Source: a virus. Taken from it: a stretch of 64,000 bases of DNA. A program made the position numbers and the translations under genes. The stretch lies in IMG/VR virus record IMGVR_UViG_3300023174_000050, positions 64,001-128,000 of that record; one strand, written 5' to 3'. Every line of letters begins with the position of its first letter. The first letter of the stretch is position 1. Below, piece after piece: positions 45,561 to 54,862 of the stretch. The notes below the pieces were generated by a model. That model made no database searches and had not been told where the DNA came from. It saw only the letters and a program-made list of their open reading frames with translations.

Positions 45561-46460
45561 ATGAATCAACCAAAAAAGAAAATTACCCCTATGGCTTTGC
45601 CTAAGGTTCCTTCATTACCAAAGGTACCTAATGCAGGCGGCACCCCTCCTGCAGATCCAAATCAAAATAAATTGGAAGTTAGATTAGAGGATTTGCGTAA
45701 AGAAAGAATCTTTATTGCAACTCCTTGCTATGGTGGACAATTAACTGAAGCATATTTCAGATCAACAATTAGATTACTTACATTCTGCAATCAACATCAA
45801 ATCCCAGTTGCATTTGGTACGATTGCAAATGAATCTTTGGTAACACGAGCACGTAATGTTCTTGTTGCTTATTTCCTACAGAGCGATTTTACACGGTTAA
45901 TGTTTATTGATGCAGACATTGAATTTCAAGTAGAAGATGTTATTAAACTAATTGCACATAATAAAGATGTTGCAGTTGGTGCATACCCTAAGAAGGGTGT
46001 AAATTGGCAACGTATTCGTGAAAGTGTTAGATTAAAAGATGATGCATATAACGATCAGCAAATTGCATCCTTTGGTAGCGATTATGCGATTAATTTTAAA
46101 TTTATCAATCGTGATGCAAAACAAATTGCCATTGAAAATGGTTTAATTCGACTTCATGATGGAGCTACAGGTTTTATGATGATTAAGCGTGAAGTAATTG
46201 ATAAGATGATTACTGCATATCCTGATCTAAAATATAACAACGATTTAAATACTCCGCCAGAATTGAATCCGCATTTCTATGCGTTCTTTGATACAATGAT
46301 TGATCCCAAGGATCGACGTTATTTGTCTGAGGACTATACCTTTAGTCGTAGATGGCAAGATATTGGTGGAGAAATTTGGCTTGACCCTTCAATCTCTTTA
46401 AACCATTATGGTTCGTTTAATTTCCAAGGTAATCCTCAACAAATTATTCAAGTCGGTTAA
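45561..46460 (+). CDS. GT-A-fold glycosyltransferase-like protein
   Basis: IFIATPCYGG, NESLVTRARN, LMFIDADI (DxD), GAYPKK, GATGFMMIKR, YLSEDYTF..W..IGG..W.DP..L.H.G. Confidence 0.7.
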   Translation: MNQPKKKITPMALPKVPSLPKVPNAGGTPPADPNQNKLEVRLEDLRKERIFIATPCYGGQLTEAYFRSTIRLLTFCNQHQIPVAFGTIANESLVTRARNVLVAYFLQSDFTRLMFIDADIEFQVEDVIKLIAHNKDVAVGAYPKKGVNWQRIRESVRLKDDAYNDQQIASFGSDYAINFKFINRDAKQIAIENGLIRLHDGATGFMMIKREVIDKMITAYPDLKYNNDLNTPPELNPHFYAFFDTMIDPKDRRYLSEDYTFSRRWQDIGGEIWLDPSISLNHYGSFNFQGNPQQIIQVG

Positions 46461-46476
46461 TTAAAGGTTTTATATT

Positions 46477-46917
46477 ATGAAATTGACTGAGTTACAAGAT
46501 ACTTGGCAAGAAGATTGTAAGATCAATGAATTAAATTTGGGACAGGAGTCTTTAAAAACTCCTAACCTTCATGCTAAATATTTGACCATGCTATCCTCAG
46601 CTAGACTCAATCTTCGTAAAGCCGAATCAAGTTATCTTAATTGTCGTCGCTTAAAGTATCGATATTACAGGGGTGAGATGACTCAAACAGAACTTGAGCA
46701 AGAGGGTTGGGATCAGTGGCAGGGAAATAAACCATTAAAAAATGAAATGGATGAATTCTTAACTGTTGATTCTGATCTTGTATCTTATCAGGATAAAGTT
46801 GAATATTTTAAAACAGTACTATATCATTTAGAACAAATTATCCGTTCAATTAATAGTAGAGGCTGGGATATAAAAAATGCTATTGAATGGCAAAAATTTA
46901 CCAACGGTATGATGTAA
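46477..46917 (+). CDS. uvsY: Recombination mediator
   Basis: W..D..I....L..ES...P.LHAKY, YY.G, RGWDIKNAIEW..F..G. Confidence 0.9.
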   Translation: MKLTELQDTWQEDCKINELNLGQESLKTPNLHAKYLTMLSSARLNLRKAESSYLNCRRLKYRYYRGEMTQTELEQEGWDQWQGNKPLKNEMDEFLTVDSDLVSYQDKVEYFKTVLYHLEQIIRSINSRGWDIKNAIEWQKFTNGMM

Positions 46918-48398
46918 TGTCAGATATACAATTATCTAAAAAAGATGAAGTTTACCTTAAGGTAAAGTGTGAACCTTCATTGGGGCAAGAATTAAATGAT
47001 CATTTTTCGTTTGATGTTCCCGGTGCCAAGTTTCATCCTTTATACAAGTCTCGTATGTGGGATGGTAAAGTTCGTCTGTATTCTTTGTTTACGCAGGAAT
47101 TATACGTTGGATTAAAAAGTTATCTCGAAAGATTCTGCGAGGAAAGAGATTATACTATAGATTATTCTAATTATGTGGAAGAGGCAGATGCTGCAACTTA
47201 TGATATAGTTAGAAAATTTTGCGAAGATCTTAATATTGGTTCAAATGGTAAACCTCTTGCGATTCGAGATTATCAGATTGATGCAGTATTTCAATCTATA
47301 AAAGATTCAAGAAGATTATTATTATCTCCTACTGGTTCAGGAAAATCTCTTATCATTTATTGTCTAATTCGTTGGCATGAAAGATACGATAGACGACAAT
47401 TAATCTTAGTACCAACCACTTCCCTTGTAGAACAAATGTATTCCGATTTTCAAGATTATTCTTGTTTAAATGGTTGGAAGGCATCGGAACATTGTCATCG
47501 CATTTACGGTGGCCATGAAAAATCAAATGAGTATGATGTTATTATTAGTACATGGCAATCATTATATAAATTACCGAAAACTTTTTTTGCAAATTTTAAA
47601 ACCATATATGGCGATGAGGCACATAATTTTAAAGCAAAATCGTTAACAAGTATTTTAAATAAGTGCACATCTTCTCCTTTTAGGATCGGAACTACAGGTA
47701 CATTGGATGGAACTAAAACTCATAAATTAGTATTGGAAGGTTTGTTTGGTTCAGTATATAAAGTTACTACAACAAAGAAACTTATTTCGGATAACACATT
47801 GGCAGATCTTGAAATTTATAATATAATATTAGAATACAATGATGAGATGCGAAAAGGGTTAAAGGGCAAAACATATCAAGATGAAATGGATTTTATAGTT
47901 CAGTATGAACCACGAAATAAATTTATAAGAAATTTGGCAATCAAACAAGAAGGTAATACTTTAGTGTTATTTCAGTATGTGGAAAAACACGGAAAAATAT
48001 TGTTTGATCTAATACAAGAAAAAGCGAAAAATAGAAAAGTATTTTTTGTGTTTGGAGGTACAGATACAGATCAACGAGAAGATATTCGTCGCATTACTGA
48101 GTTAGAAAAAGATGCAATTATTGTTGCTAGTTATGGAACCTTCTCCACAGGAATAAATATTAAAAATCTGCATAATATTATTTTTGCATCCCCTTCAAAG
48201 TCTAGAATTAGAAATTTACAATCCATTGGTAGAGGATTGAGAACCAGTGAAACTAAAAAAAGTTGCAATTTATATGATATCGCAGATGATTTAACATGGA
48301 AAAGTAAAAAGAACTATACGTTACTTCATATGATTGAAAGAATTAAAATTTATAACGATGAGCATTTCAACTATAAATTAGTAAAGGTACAAATATGA
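46917..48398 (+). CDS. uvsW: DNA helicase
   Basis: WDGKVRL, RDYQ, SPTGSGKS, GDEAH, GTTGT, SYGTFSTGINIKNLH, LQSIGRGLR. Start placed at ATG 46917, overlapping the uvsY stop. Confidence 0.97.
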   Translation: MSDIQLSKKDEVYLKVKCEPSLGQELNDHFSFDVPGAKFHPLYKSRMWDGKVRLYSLFTQELYVGLKSYLERFCEERDYTIDYSNYVEEADAATYDIVRKFCEDLNIGSNGKPLAIRDYQIDAVFQSIKDSRRLLLSPTGSGKSLIIYCLIRWHERYDRRQLILVPTTSLVEQMYSDFQDYSCLNGWKASEHCHRIYGGHEKSNEYDVIISTWQSLYKLPKTFFANFKTIYGDEAHNFKAKSLTSILNKCTSSPFRIGTTGTLDGTKTHKLVLEGLFGSVYKVTTTKKLISDNTLADLEIYNIILEYNDEMRKGLKGKTYQDEMDFIVQYEPRNKFIRNLAIKQEGNTLVLFQYVEKHGKILFDLIQEKAKNRKVFFVFGGTDTDQREDIRRITELEKDAIIVASYGTFSTGINIKNLHNIIFASPSKSRIRNLQSIGRGLRTSETKKSCNLYDIADDLTWKSKKNYTLLHMIERIKIYNDEHFNYKLVKVQI

Positions 48399-48871
48399 TG
48401 GACAATCTTTACTACAAATATATAAAACTAGTATCAGGGGATGGTATAATTTGTACTACCTTTGATAACTATGAAAATTTATATGATTTAAAAACCATAA
48501 AGGTATCAACCCCTGTGGTATTAAATCCTATTCGCATCCCTAGGGGAGATGTTTTAGTAGAATCTTACATAATGTATCCTTGGTTTAGTTTTTCAGAAGA
48601 AACAGAATATACATTACCCACAACGCAAATTTTATTTGCAGTGAATATTAAAGAAACTTTAAAGAAAAATTATTTAACTTATCTTTCTAATAGAGAAGAT
48701 GAGGGTGAAGATGAACTTATAGACGATGATGAATTTGAAGAAGATGAAGAACTTTTTAATGCACTTTTAAATACCCTAGGAGATGAAATACATGAAGACA
48801 AAGAAAACCAAGAATCCGGAGACGGATCTAATATTGAAAGAGTTGGAAGAACTACAAGAAGACTCCACTAA
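48395..48871 (+). CDS. Hypothetical protein (IKLVSGD..I N-terminus, acidic tail)
   Basis: 158-aa ORF between uvsW and gp55. Confidence 0.6.
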   Translation: MMDNLYYKYIKLVSGDGIICTTFDNYENLYDLKTIKVSTPVVLNPIRIPRGDVLVESYIMYPWFSFSEETEYTLPTTQILFAVNIKETLKKNYLTYLSNREDEGEDELIDDDEFEEDEELFNALLNTLGDEIHEDKENQESGDGSNIERVGRTTRRLH

Positions 48872-49421
48872 AACTAAACAACCCGCGCATTACGTAGATA
48901 ACAAAAAATTCTTAGCTGCTCTTATAGATTATAAAGCAAGTATAGATGCGGCTCGCGCAGAAGAAAAACCTACCCCACAGGTACCCAAATATATCGGCGA
49001 ATGCTTTATAAAAATTGCTACTCATTTATCGTATAAATCTAATTTTATAAATTATACTTTTAAAGATGATATGATTTCAGATGGAATTGAAAATTGTCTA
49101 ACTGCAGCTACAAAATTTGATCCAGCCAAATCATCAAATCCATTTGCATACTACACTCAAATTATTTACTTTGCCTTTATTCGCAGAATACAAAAAGAGA
49201 AAAAACATCAGGCAACCAAATACAAAATTATTGAGAATTTAGATTTAGATTCCATTATTCAAAATAGTGATGATTCGGATGCAAGTAGACAACTTGTAGA
49301 CTATTTGAAAAAACAATTGGACAATATTGATCCTGAGAAACGGGAAACTCCCTCAGAAACCAAAACAAGAAAAAGAAAATTAACAGAAAAAGATCAAACT
49401 ATTGTTGACTTCATGAACTAA
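48783..49421 (+). CDS. gp55: Late sigma factor
   Basis: HYVDNKKFL, YIGECFIKIATHLS..NFINYTFKDDMISDGIENC, SNPFAYYTQIIYFAFIRRIQKEKK. Exact start uncertain. Confidence 0.95.
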   Translation: MKYMKTKKTKNPETDLILKELEELQEDSTKTKQPAHYVDNKKFLAALIDYKASIDAARAEEKPTPQVPKYIGECFIKIATHLSYKSNFINYTFKDDMISDGIENCLTAATKFDPAKSSNPFAYYTQIIYFAFIRRIQKEKKHQATKYKIIENLDLDSIIQNSDDSDASRQLVDYLKKQLDNIDPEKRETPSETKTRKRKLTEKDQTIVDFMN

Positions 49422-49433
49422 AGACTATATAAT
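49405..49433 (+). promoter_or_regulatory. Sigma70-type promoter heading the deazaguanine operon
   Basis: TTGACT (49405-49410), 17 nt, TATAAT (49428-49433). Confidence 0.75.
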
Positions 49434-49464
49434 AGACCATATTAACAACTAAATACTTTATATT

Positions 49465-49743
49465 ATGAATGATTCTAAAAAAGAAGTCATGCTTATTCTT
49501 CAAGAAGAATGCGCAGAAGTGACACAGGCAATCTCAAAATGTTTACGTTTTGGAATAGATGGTGAATATAATGGTGCTACTAATCGAGAAAGATTGACTG
49601 AGGAAATCGGTGATCTTATAGCAATGATTGAACTATGCTACGATAACGACATTGTAGATTACTTACAAGTCAAAGAAGCACAGCATAGAAAATTTGATAA
49701 ATTAAAAAAATGGTCTACAATATATGAAACTGAAAATATCTGA
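49465..49743 (+). CDS. MazG-like nucleotide pyrophosphohydrolase
   Basis: LQEECAEV..AISK..RFG..LTEEIGDL: EExxE...ExxD metal-binding pattern; 92 aa. Confidence 0.75.
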   Translation: MNDSKKEVMLILQEECAEVTQAISKCLRFGIDGEYNGATNRERLTEEIGDLIAMIELCYDNDIVDYLQVKEAQHRKFDKLKKWSTIYETENI

Positions 49744-50569
49744 ATTATTTTATAGTATACAAGGTGAGGGTCGCTTTATGGGCGTCCCTTCTATCTTTTT
49801 AAGAACCTTTGGTTGCAATTTTACTTGCGGTGGTTTTGGAATGCCAAAGGGACAAATGAGTGAAGAAAGGTCAAAAATAAATGCAACATCTTTTAAGAAT
49901 TATCGGGATCTTCCTTTGGTCGATACTGGGTGCGATAGCTACGCTAGTTGGGATGTCAATTTTAAGCATCTTAGTCCCGTTATGGACATTCAAAGTATCG
50001 TTACAAGAATATTAGCAGAGTTACCGCACAAAGAATGGAAAGATGAGCATCTAGTAATTACTGGGGGCGAACCTTTATTAGGATGGCAAAAAGCATATCC
50101 CGATTTATTGGAATATAAAGGAATGCGAGATCTTGCCGAGCTTACTTTTGAAACTAATGGTACTCAAATGTTAAGTGCAGATTTTGAGGAATATTTATTT
50201 CAAGATTGGACTAGATTTGGTCGCAGATATAGTAATCTAACATTTTCGGTTTCTCCTAAATTATCTGTATCTGGGGAGAAATGGGAAGACGCAATTAAAC
50301 CAGATGTTGTGTCTCAATATCAAAGTGTAGGATATACCTATTTGAAATTTGTAGTAGCAACAAAAGAAGATGCAGAAGAAGCAGAGCAAGCAGTAAATGA
50401 ATATCGTAAAAAAGGTTTTGGCGGTCCTGTTTATCTTATGCCTCTTGGTGGCACCGAGCAGTTGTACTCTCTTAATAATCGGGCGGTGGCAGAATTGGCA
50501 TTGCGAAAAGGTTGGAGGTATTCCGATAGATTACAGATCCCATTGTTTAAGAATGCCTGGGGAACATAA
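49724..50569 (+). CDS. queE: 7-carboxy-7-deazaguanine synthase (radical SAM)
   Basis: ISELFYSIQGEG..GVPSIFLRTFGCNFTC, VITGGEPLL, FETNGT, SVSPK, YLKFVV, VYLMP, RLQI. Confidence 0.92.
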   Translation: MKLKISELFYSIQGEGRFMGVPSIFLRTFGCNFTCGGFGMPKGQMSEERSKINATSFKNYRDLPLVDTGCDSYASWDVNFKHLSPVMDIQSIVTRILAELPHKEWKDEHLVITGGEPLLGWQKAYPDLLEYKGMRDLAELTFETNGTQMLSADFEEYLFQDWTRFGRRYSNLTFSVSPKLSVSGEKWEDAIKPDVVSQYQSVGYTYLKFVVATKEDAEEAEQAVNEYRKKGFGGPVYLMPLGGTEQLYSLNNRAVAELALRKGWRYSDRLQIPLFKNAWGT

Positions 50570-50633
50570 ATACTAATGCTACACAAAGGTAGCGAATTTC
50601 AATCATCACATCCGCGTAAGGAAGGATTCAAAA

Positions 50634-51314
50634 ATGTCATACAACAAAACAAAAACTGACCCTGAACTTGGTCTAAAGGTTCACGAACATCTTGTCAAAA
50701 TGGGTGTTGAAACGCCATATGAAGATAATGATATAGATCGCAAAATTAAAATTGAACTTATAGAAAAAGCTTTTAGTACAATTATGCGAACACTCGGATT
50801 GAATTTATCTGATGATAGTTTAATGGAAACTCCTAATCGTGTTGCTAAGATGTATGTTAACGAAATCTTTTGGGGTTTAGATTACGATGCTTTTCCAAAA
50901 TGTACAACCGTCGATAACAAGATGAAGTATAATGAAATGGTATGCGAGCGTAATATTAATGTACAATCCAATTGCGAGCATCACTTCGTAGTTATTGATG
51001 GGCTTGCTACTGTGGCATATGTTCCTAAAGATAAAGTTTTAGGTCTTTCTAAAATTAATCGTATTGTAGAATATTTTAGTAAGCGTCCTCAGATTCAGGA
51101 AAGATTGACTGAACAAGTATTTCATACATTACAATATATTCTTGATACAGAGGATGTTGCTGTTATGATTGATGCACAACACTATTGCGTTAAGAGCCGA
51201 GGAGTTGAAGATACTGGTAGTTCTACAGTTACAGTAAGATTAGGCGGTGGATTTAAAAATGATCCTGCTGCTAGAAATGAATTTTTAAGTATTGCAAGAA
51301 TGGGTAAAAAATGA
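50634..51314 (+). CDS. folE: GTP cyclohydrolase I
   Basis: ETPNRVAKMY, CEHH, GLSKINRIVEYFSKRPQIQERLT, HYCVKSRGV. Confidence 0.97.
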   Translation: MSYNKTKTDPELGLKVHEHLVKMGVETPYEDNDIDRKIKIELIEKAFSTIMRTLGLNLSDDSLMETPNRVAKMYVNEIFWGLDYDAFPKCTTVDNKMKYNEMVCERNINVQSNCEHHFVVIDGLATVAYVPKDKVLGLSKINRIVEYFSKRPQIQERLTEQVFHTLQYILDTEDVAVMIDAQHYCVKSRGVEDTGSSTVTVRLGGGFKNDPAARNEFLSIARMGKK

Positions 51315-51820
51315 CAGTTAATATAATGGTTGACTTAGAGACAATGTCAACAAGATCACATGCAGCCATTTGTTCAATTGGTGCAGTAAAATTTGAAGGT
51401 AAAGAAATACTTGATACTTTTTATTGCACTGTGGATATTAAAACTTGTAAAGATGCAGGAATGCATATTTCAAAAGATACCGTTAAGTGGTGGTCAGAAC
51501 AAAATAAAGAAGCACTACGAGAACTTACTCGTAACAATATTCCTTTGGATGAGGCATTAACAAGTTTTGAGGAATGGTTCGGTCCTAAGAGTTTGCCTGT
51601 ATGGGGCAATGGTGCAGTGTTTGATAATACTATTTTAGCCAATGCATATTTTAACACTGATAGAGAACCACCTTGGAAATGTTGGGATGATCGTTGCTAT
51701 AGAACAGTTAAGGCATTATTCCATTGGGTGCCTGCAGATGCAAGAGAAGGTGTTTATCATAATGCCTTAGATGATGCAATGCACCAAACTAAACATCTAA
51801 TTAAAATATTAGGTGAATAA
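51311..51820 (+). CDS. DEDD-family 3'-5' exo(ribo)nuclease
   Basis: IMVDLETM (ExoI), WGNGAVFDNTIL (ExoII), RCYRT, HNALDDA (ExoIII). Confidence 0.85.
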   Translation: MTVNIMVDLETMSTRSHAAICSIGAVKFEGKEILDTFYCTVDIKTCKDAGMHISKDTVKWWSEQNKEALRELTRNNIPLDEALTSFEEWFGPKSLPVWGNGAVFDNTILANAYFNTDREPPWKCWDDRCYRTVKALFHWVPADAREGVYHNALDDAMHQTKHLIKILGE

Positions 51821-53187
51821 TGAAAACTTATCATAAGCGTATTGCCTTTTGTTTAAGTGATCAACATACTATTCCTCATGGTGGTCTAGGGCAATTTGCC
51901 AAATCCTTTATTGAGAATTTTGTTCCGCTTGGATATAAAGTAGATATTATATCTGATAAACCTACATCCAATATTGACTTCAAAGCGTATCTAGAAAGTC
52001 AAGGTGCAAATTTTGTTTATCCTTCGGATGTTCGACCATATAGTACACATACCAAAACATTCATGTTTGAGGATTCCTATAACTTTGAAAAGATGAGTAA
52101 TTTTAGAGATGCTATGATGAAAGCTCTAAACACAAATCTATATGATATTATTATTTGTAATACATTAGAATCCTTTCCGGGGATTTATGCTTTAAACATT
52201 CACAAATCAATTCAAGTTATTTACTATACTCACAATGAAAGTATGGTGTTCTTAGATGATAGAACATGGAAGAATGAATTTACAGAATCATTTAATGAAT
52301 TGTTCAATGCATTAATGAAGGTCAAAGGTATAACCATTGGTACACAAACTCTAAGAAATAATTACGAACTTCAAGCACATGGTATTACTAACTCATATGA
52401 ACTTCCTATTCCAATGACTGAAAAAAGTTTATTGGTCGAACATAATAAACCAAGAGAGGGTGTTTTATGGATTGGTCGTTGGGAACCAAGAAAGAATCCC
52501 GAGGAGTTTATTCGTGTAATTAAAGAAACAGGATTGCCTGCAAAAGTAATTACTAATACTAATGGTGCCAAAAAATTTGAAGAAGCCCTAAAAGCAATAG
52601 GTGCTAAATATGAAATAAGGATAGGTGTATATGGTCAGGAAAAAGTTGACTTTATAACAAGTGCTCGAGTTGCATATAATCCTGCAATTAGAGAAAGTTT
52701 TGGATTAGCATTTTATGAATGTATGGGTCATTTACCTACTGTTGCTATAACAGGTATGTCCTGGTTAGATAACTTTGGCAGACACTGGTATTTTTGTGAG
52801 GATAAGAAAAATATCCCATCTTTAATAACTAAACTATATGAAGATTTTGAAAAGTCTGAAGTTTGGTATAGTAAAAATCCATTACATAATATTATTACAC
52901 AACATGAAATGGGTATACAAGCATGGATAGATATTTTTAATTCGTTCAAACCGGTCGAATCAAATTCTATCAGAGCAACGATTAATGAATATTCGGAAAT
53001 TGAATATTCCGAGTTTATTAAAATACTAAATAGGAAAGATTTGTCTATAGATGATGTTAAATCTGTATTGACAAATAAGTACAAATATAATATAATTTAT
53101 ACTGATACGAGCACATACCTATCAAAAGATCCAAACTTTGTACCTAAAGAAAAAGAAACAACTAATTTAGAAAGTCTATTCGCATGA
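51820..53187 (+). CDS. GT-B (GT4-like) glycosyltransferase
   Basis: N-terminal PHGGLGQF; LWIGRWEPRKNPE; PAIRESFGLAFYE (ExxGxxxxE). Confidence 0.85.
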   Translation: MKTYHKRIAFCLSDQHTIPHGGLGQFAKSFIENFVPLGYKVDIISDKPTSNIDFKAYLESQGANFVYPSDVRPYSTHTKTFMFEDSYNFEKMSNFRDAMMKALNTNLYDIIICNTLESFPGIYALNIHKSIQVIYYTHNESMVFLDDRTWKNEFTESFNELFNALMKVKGITIGTQTLRNNYELQAHGITNSYELPIPMTEKSLLVEHNKPREGVLWIGRWEPRKNPEEFIRVIKETGLPAKVITNTNGAKKFEEALKAIGAKYEIRIGVYGQEKVDFITSARVAYNPAIRESFGLAFYECMGHLPTVAITGMSWLDNFGRHWYFCEDKKNIPSLITKLYEDFEKSEVWYSKNPLHNIITQHEMGIQAWIDIFNSFKPVESNSIRATINEYSEIEYSEFIKILNRKDLSIDDVKSVLTNKYKYNIIYTDTSTYLSKDPNFVPKEKETTNLESLFA

Positions 53188-54473
53188 GCAAAATTTTAGA
53201 ATATGTTATATCTGGTCCTGCATATTTGCGATTAGGTGCAGAACAATGTAATGACCCCGAAACCTTGCAGATGATTCTAGACTTAATTAATAAGACAGTA
53301 CATAAAAAGAACAACCATGAATTTTCTTTATTATATAATGGTTTTACAGAAAAGAATTTCGGTAAAAAATTACAAAAATTTAGACCTGCTATTAAAAATA
53401 TTCATGCTGACTCTGGTGGTTTGCAGATTATTACGCGCGGTCTCCAAAATACGCCTGAGACTCGTAATAAGGTTTATGAGAATCAAGGTGGTTTTGCTGA
53501 TATAGGAATGGCATTTGATGAGATTCCCGTTAAGTCTACTTCTGCAAGTGGCACATCTGCAAAGATTGATACCAAGCGTAGATATGTTGATACGGAAAAT
53601 TTTGAGTCGTATGCGAGAGCAACAGGCAAGAATGTTAAAGATCAAATTTTAAAATTTGATTCTATGAAAAGTAATTGTAGACCCTTTGCTATTTTACAGG
53701 GTTCAGGTGCAGACACTTATGCCAAATGGGCAGAATGTATGTTGGATGAGATTCCAAAAGAACTACATTCTCGCATTGGCGGTGTGGCTATGGGATCAGC
53801 TGCGTTAGGTATGGGGCCACTTGAAGATGTTAAACGAGCATTTTATGTTAATGCTGTTCCATTTGAGAGACCATTTCATTTGCACGTATTGGGAGTTGGG
53901 GCACTTAAACGTATTTTACCTTATCTATTATTTAGTCAAACTGGTCTATATGAAGGCGTAGATATTTCGTATGACTCTACTACACATTCTATGTCATTAG
54001 ATAATGGATTATTTTATTTCTCACACTGCAAGAAAAATAGTCCAAGTGATTATGGCGGTTCTTCTGTTAAGATGGGAAGAGAATATTCTAACATCTATAG
54101 AACAGTAACTGAAGAAATTAATAACGTATGCGGAACAGACTATACTCCAGAACAATATCATAAACTAATGAATATTGCAGTAGGCGAGTATATTGAAAAG
54201 GGTGGAAAATTTATAGATGTGATGAAAGCGCGTCTATCTTTTATTCTAACTAATGTTCATAATTTTACAATGGATGTTTCTGAACTAATGAATTCTAAGG
54301 AAAACTTCTTAAGATTCTGCAGAGATAAAAATTGTGAGAATGAATATTCTACATTATTTGACGTAAAAACCACAGAGGATTTTCTATACTGGGAAAAGCA
54401 TGTTGGTAAATTTATGGATTCGGAGCCAGTCAATTCTGTAGCTCCATCATCACTAGAGGACTTATTTGCATGA
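53184..54473 (+). CDS. TGT-fold base-exchange enzyme (DpdA-like)
   Basis: HADSGGLQ (TGT DSGGFQ-like), MAFDEIP, AILQG, GVAMG, HLHVLGVG, ISYDSTT; lies in a que/folE cluster. Confidence 0.8.
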   Translation: MSKILEYVISGPAYLRLGAEQCNDPETLQMILDLINKTVHKKNNHEFSLLYNGFTEKNFGKKLQKFRPAIKNIHADSGGLQIITRGLQNTPETRNKVYENQGGFADIGMAFDEIPVKSTSASGTSAKIDTKRRYVDTENFESYARATGKNVKDQILKFDSMKSNCRPFAILQGSGADTYAKWAECMLDEIPKELHSRIGGVAMGSAALGMGPLEDVKRAFYVNAVPFERPFHLHVLGVGALKRILPYLLFSQTGLYEGVDISYDSTTHSMSLDNGLFYFSHCKKNSPSDYGGSSVKMGREYSNIYRTVTEEINNVCGTDYTPEQYHKLMNIAVGEYIEKGGKFIDVMKARLSFILTNVHNFTMDVSELMNSKENFLRFCRDKNCENEYSTLFDVKTTEDFLYWEKHVGKFMDSEPVNSVAPSSLEDLFA

Positions 54474-54862
54474 GTATGTTTACATTAAATAAAAGTTATA
54501 TCTGGGTAACCTTTCGTAAAGAAGGTATCCATAAGTATCCTGCTGCCGCAACTGATCCAAAGTTGGCTACAGGCGATTGGTTGGATGTTTCCTTTTTAGG
54601 TACGCCTCATAGGCATATTTTTCATTTTAAAGTTGAAATGCAAGTGTTTCATGATAACAGAGATGTGGAATTTATTCAGGCAAAGCGTATTATGGAACGA
54701 TGGTATTCTGATGGCACATTACAATTAGATCATAAATCATGCGAAATGATGGCAAGAGAATTGTATGCCAAATGTCTTGAGCAATGGCCCTCAAGATGTT
54801 ATACTATAGAAGTATCAGAAGATGGTGAGAATGGTTGTAGACTTGTTTTTGAGGAAAGATAA
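54470..54862 (+). CDS. T-fold QueD paralog (DpdL-like)
   Basis: LGTPHRHIF (54596-54622) matches LxxxHRHxF; HDNRDVEFI; SCEMMA..L; IEVSEDGENG C-terminus. Confidence 0.65.
   Translation: MSMFTLNKSYIWVTFRKEGIHKYPAAATDPKLATGDWLDVSFLGTPHRHIFHFKVEMQVFHDNRDVEFIQAKRIMERWYSDGTLQLDHKSCEMMARELYAKCLEQWPSRCYTIEVSEDGENGCRLVFEER

Noticed and set aside
50570-50633. THF-II or preQ1 riboswitch upstream of folE
   Set aside because: I could not match the leader to either consensus; only generic hairpins are reported.
53184-54473. Annotation as canonical queuine tRNA-ribosyltransferase (tgt)
   Set aside because: No recognisable TGT zinc site, divergent sequence, and no queA, queG or queF nearby; kept only as an alternative hypothesis.
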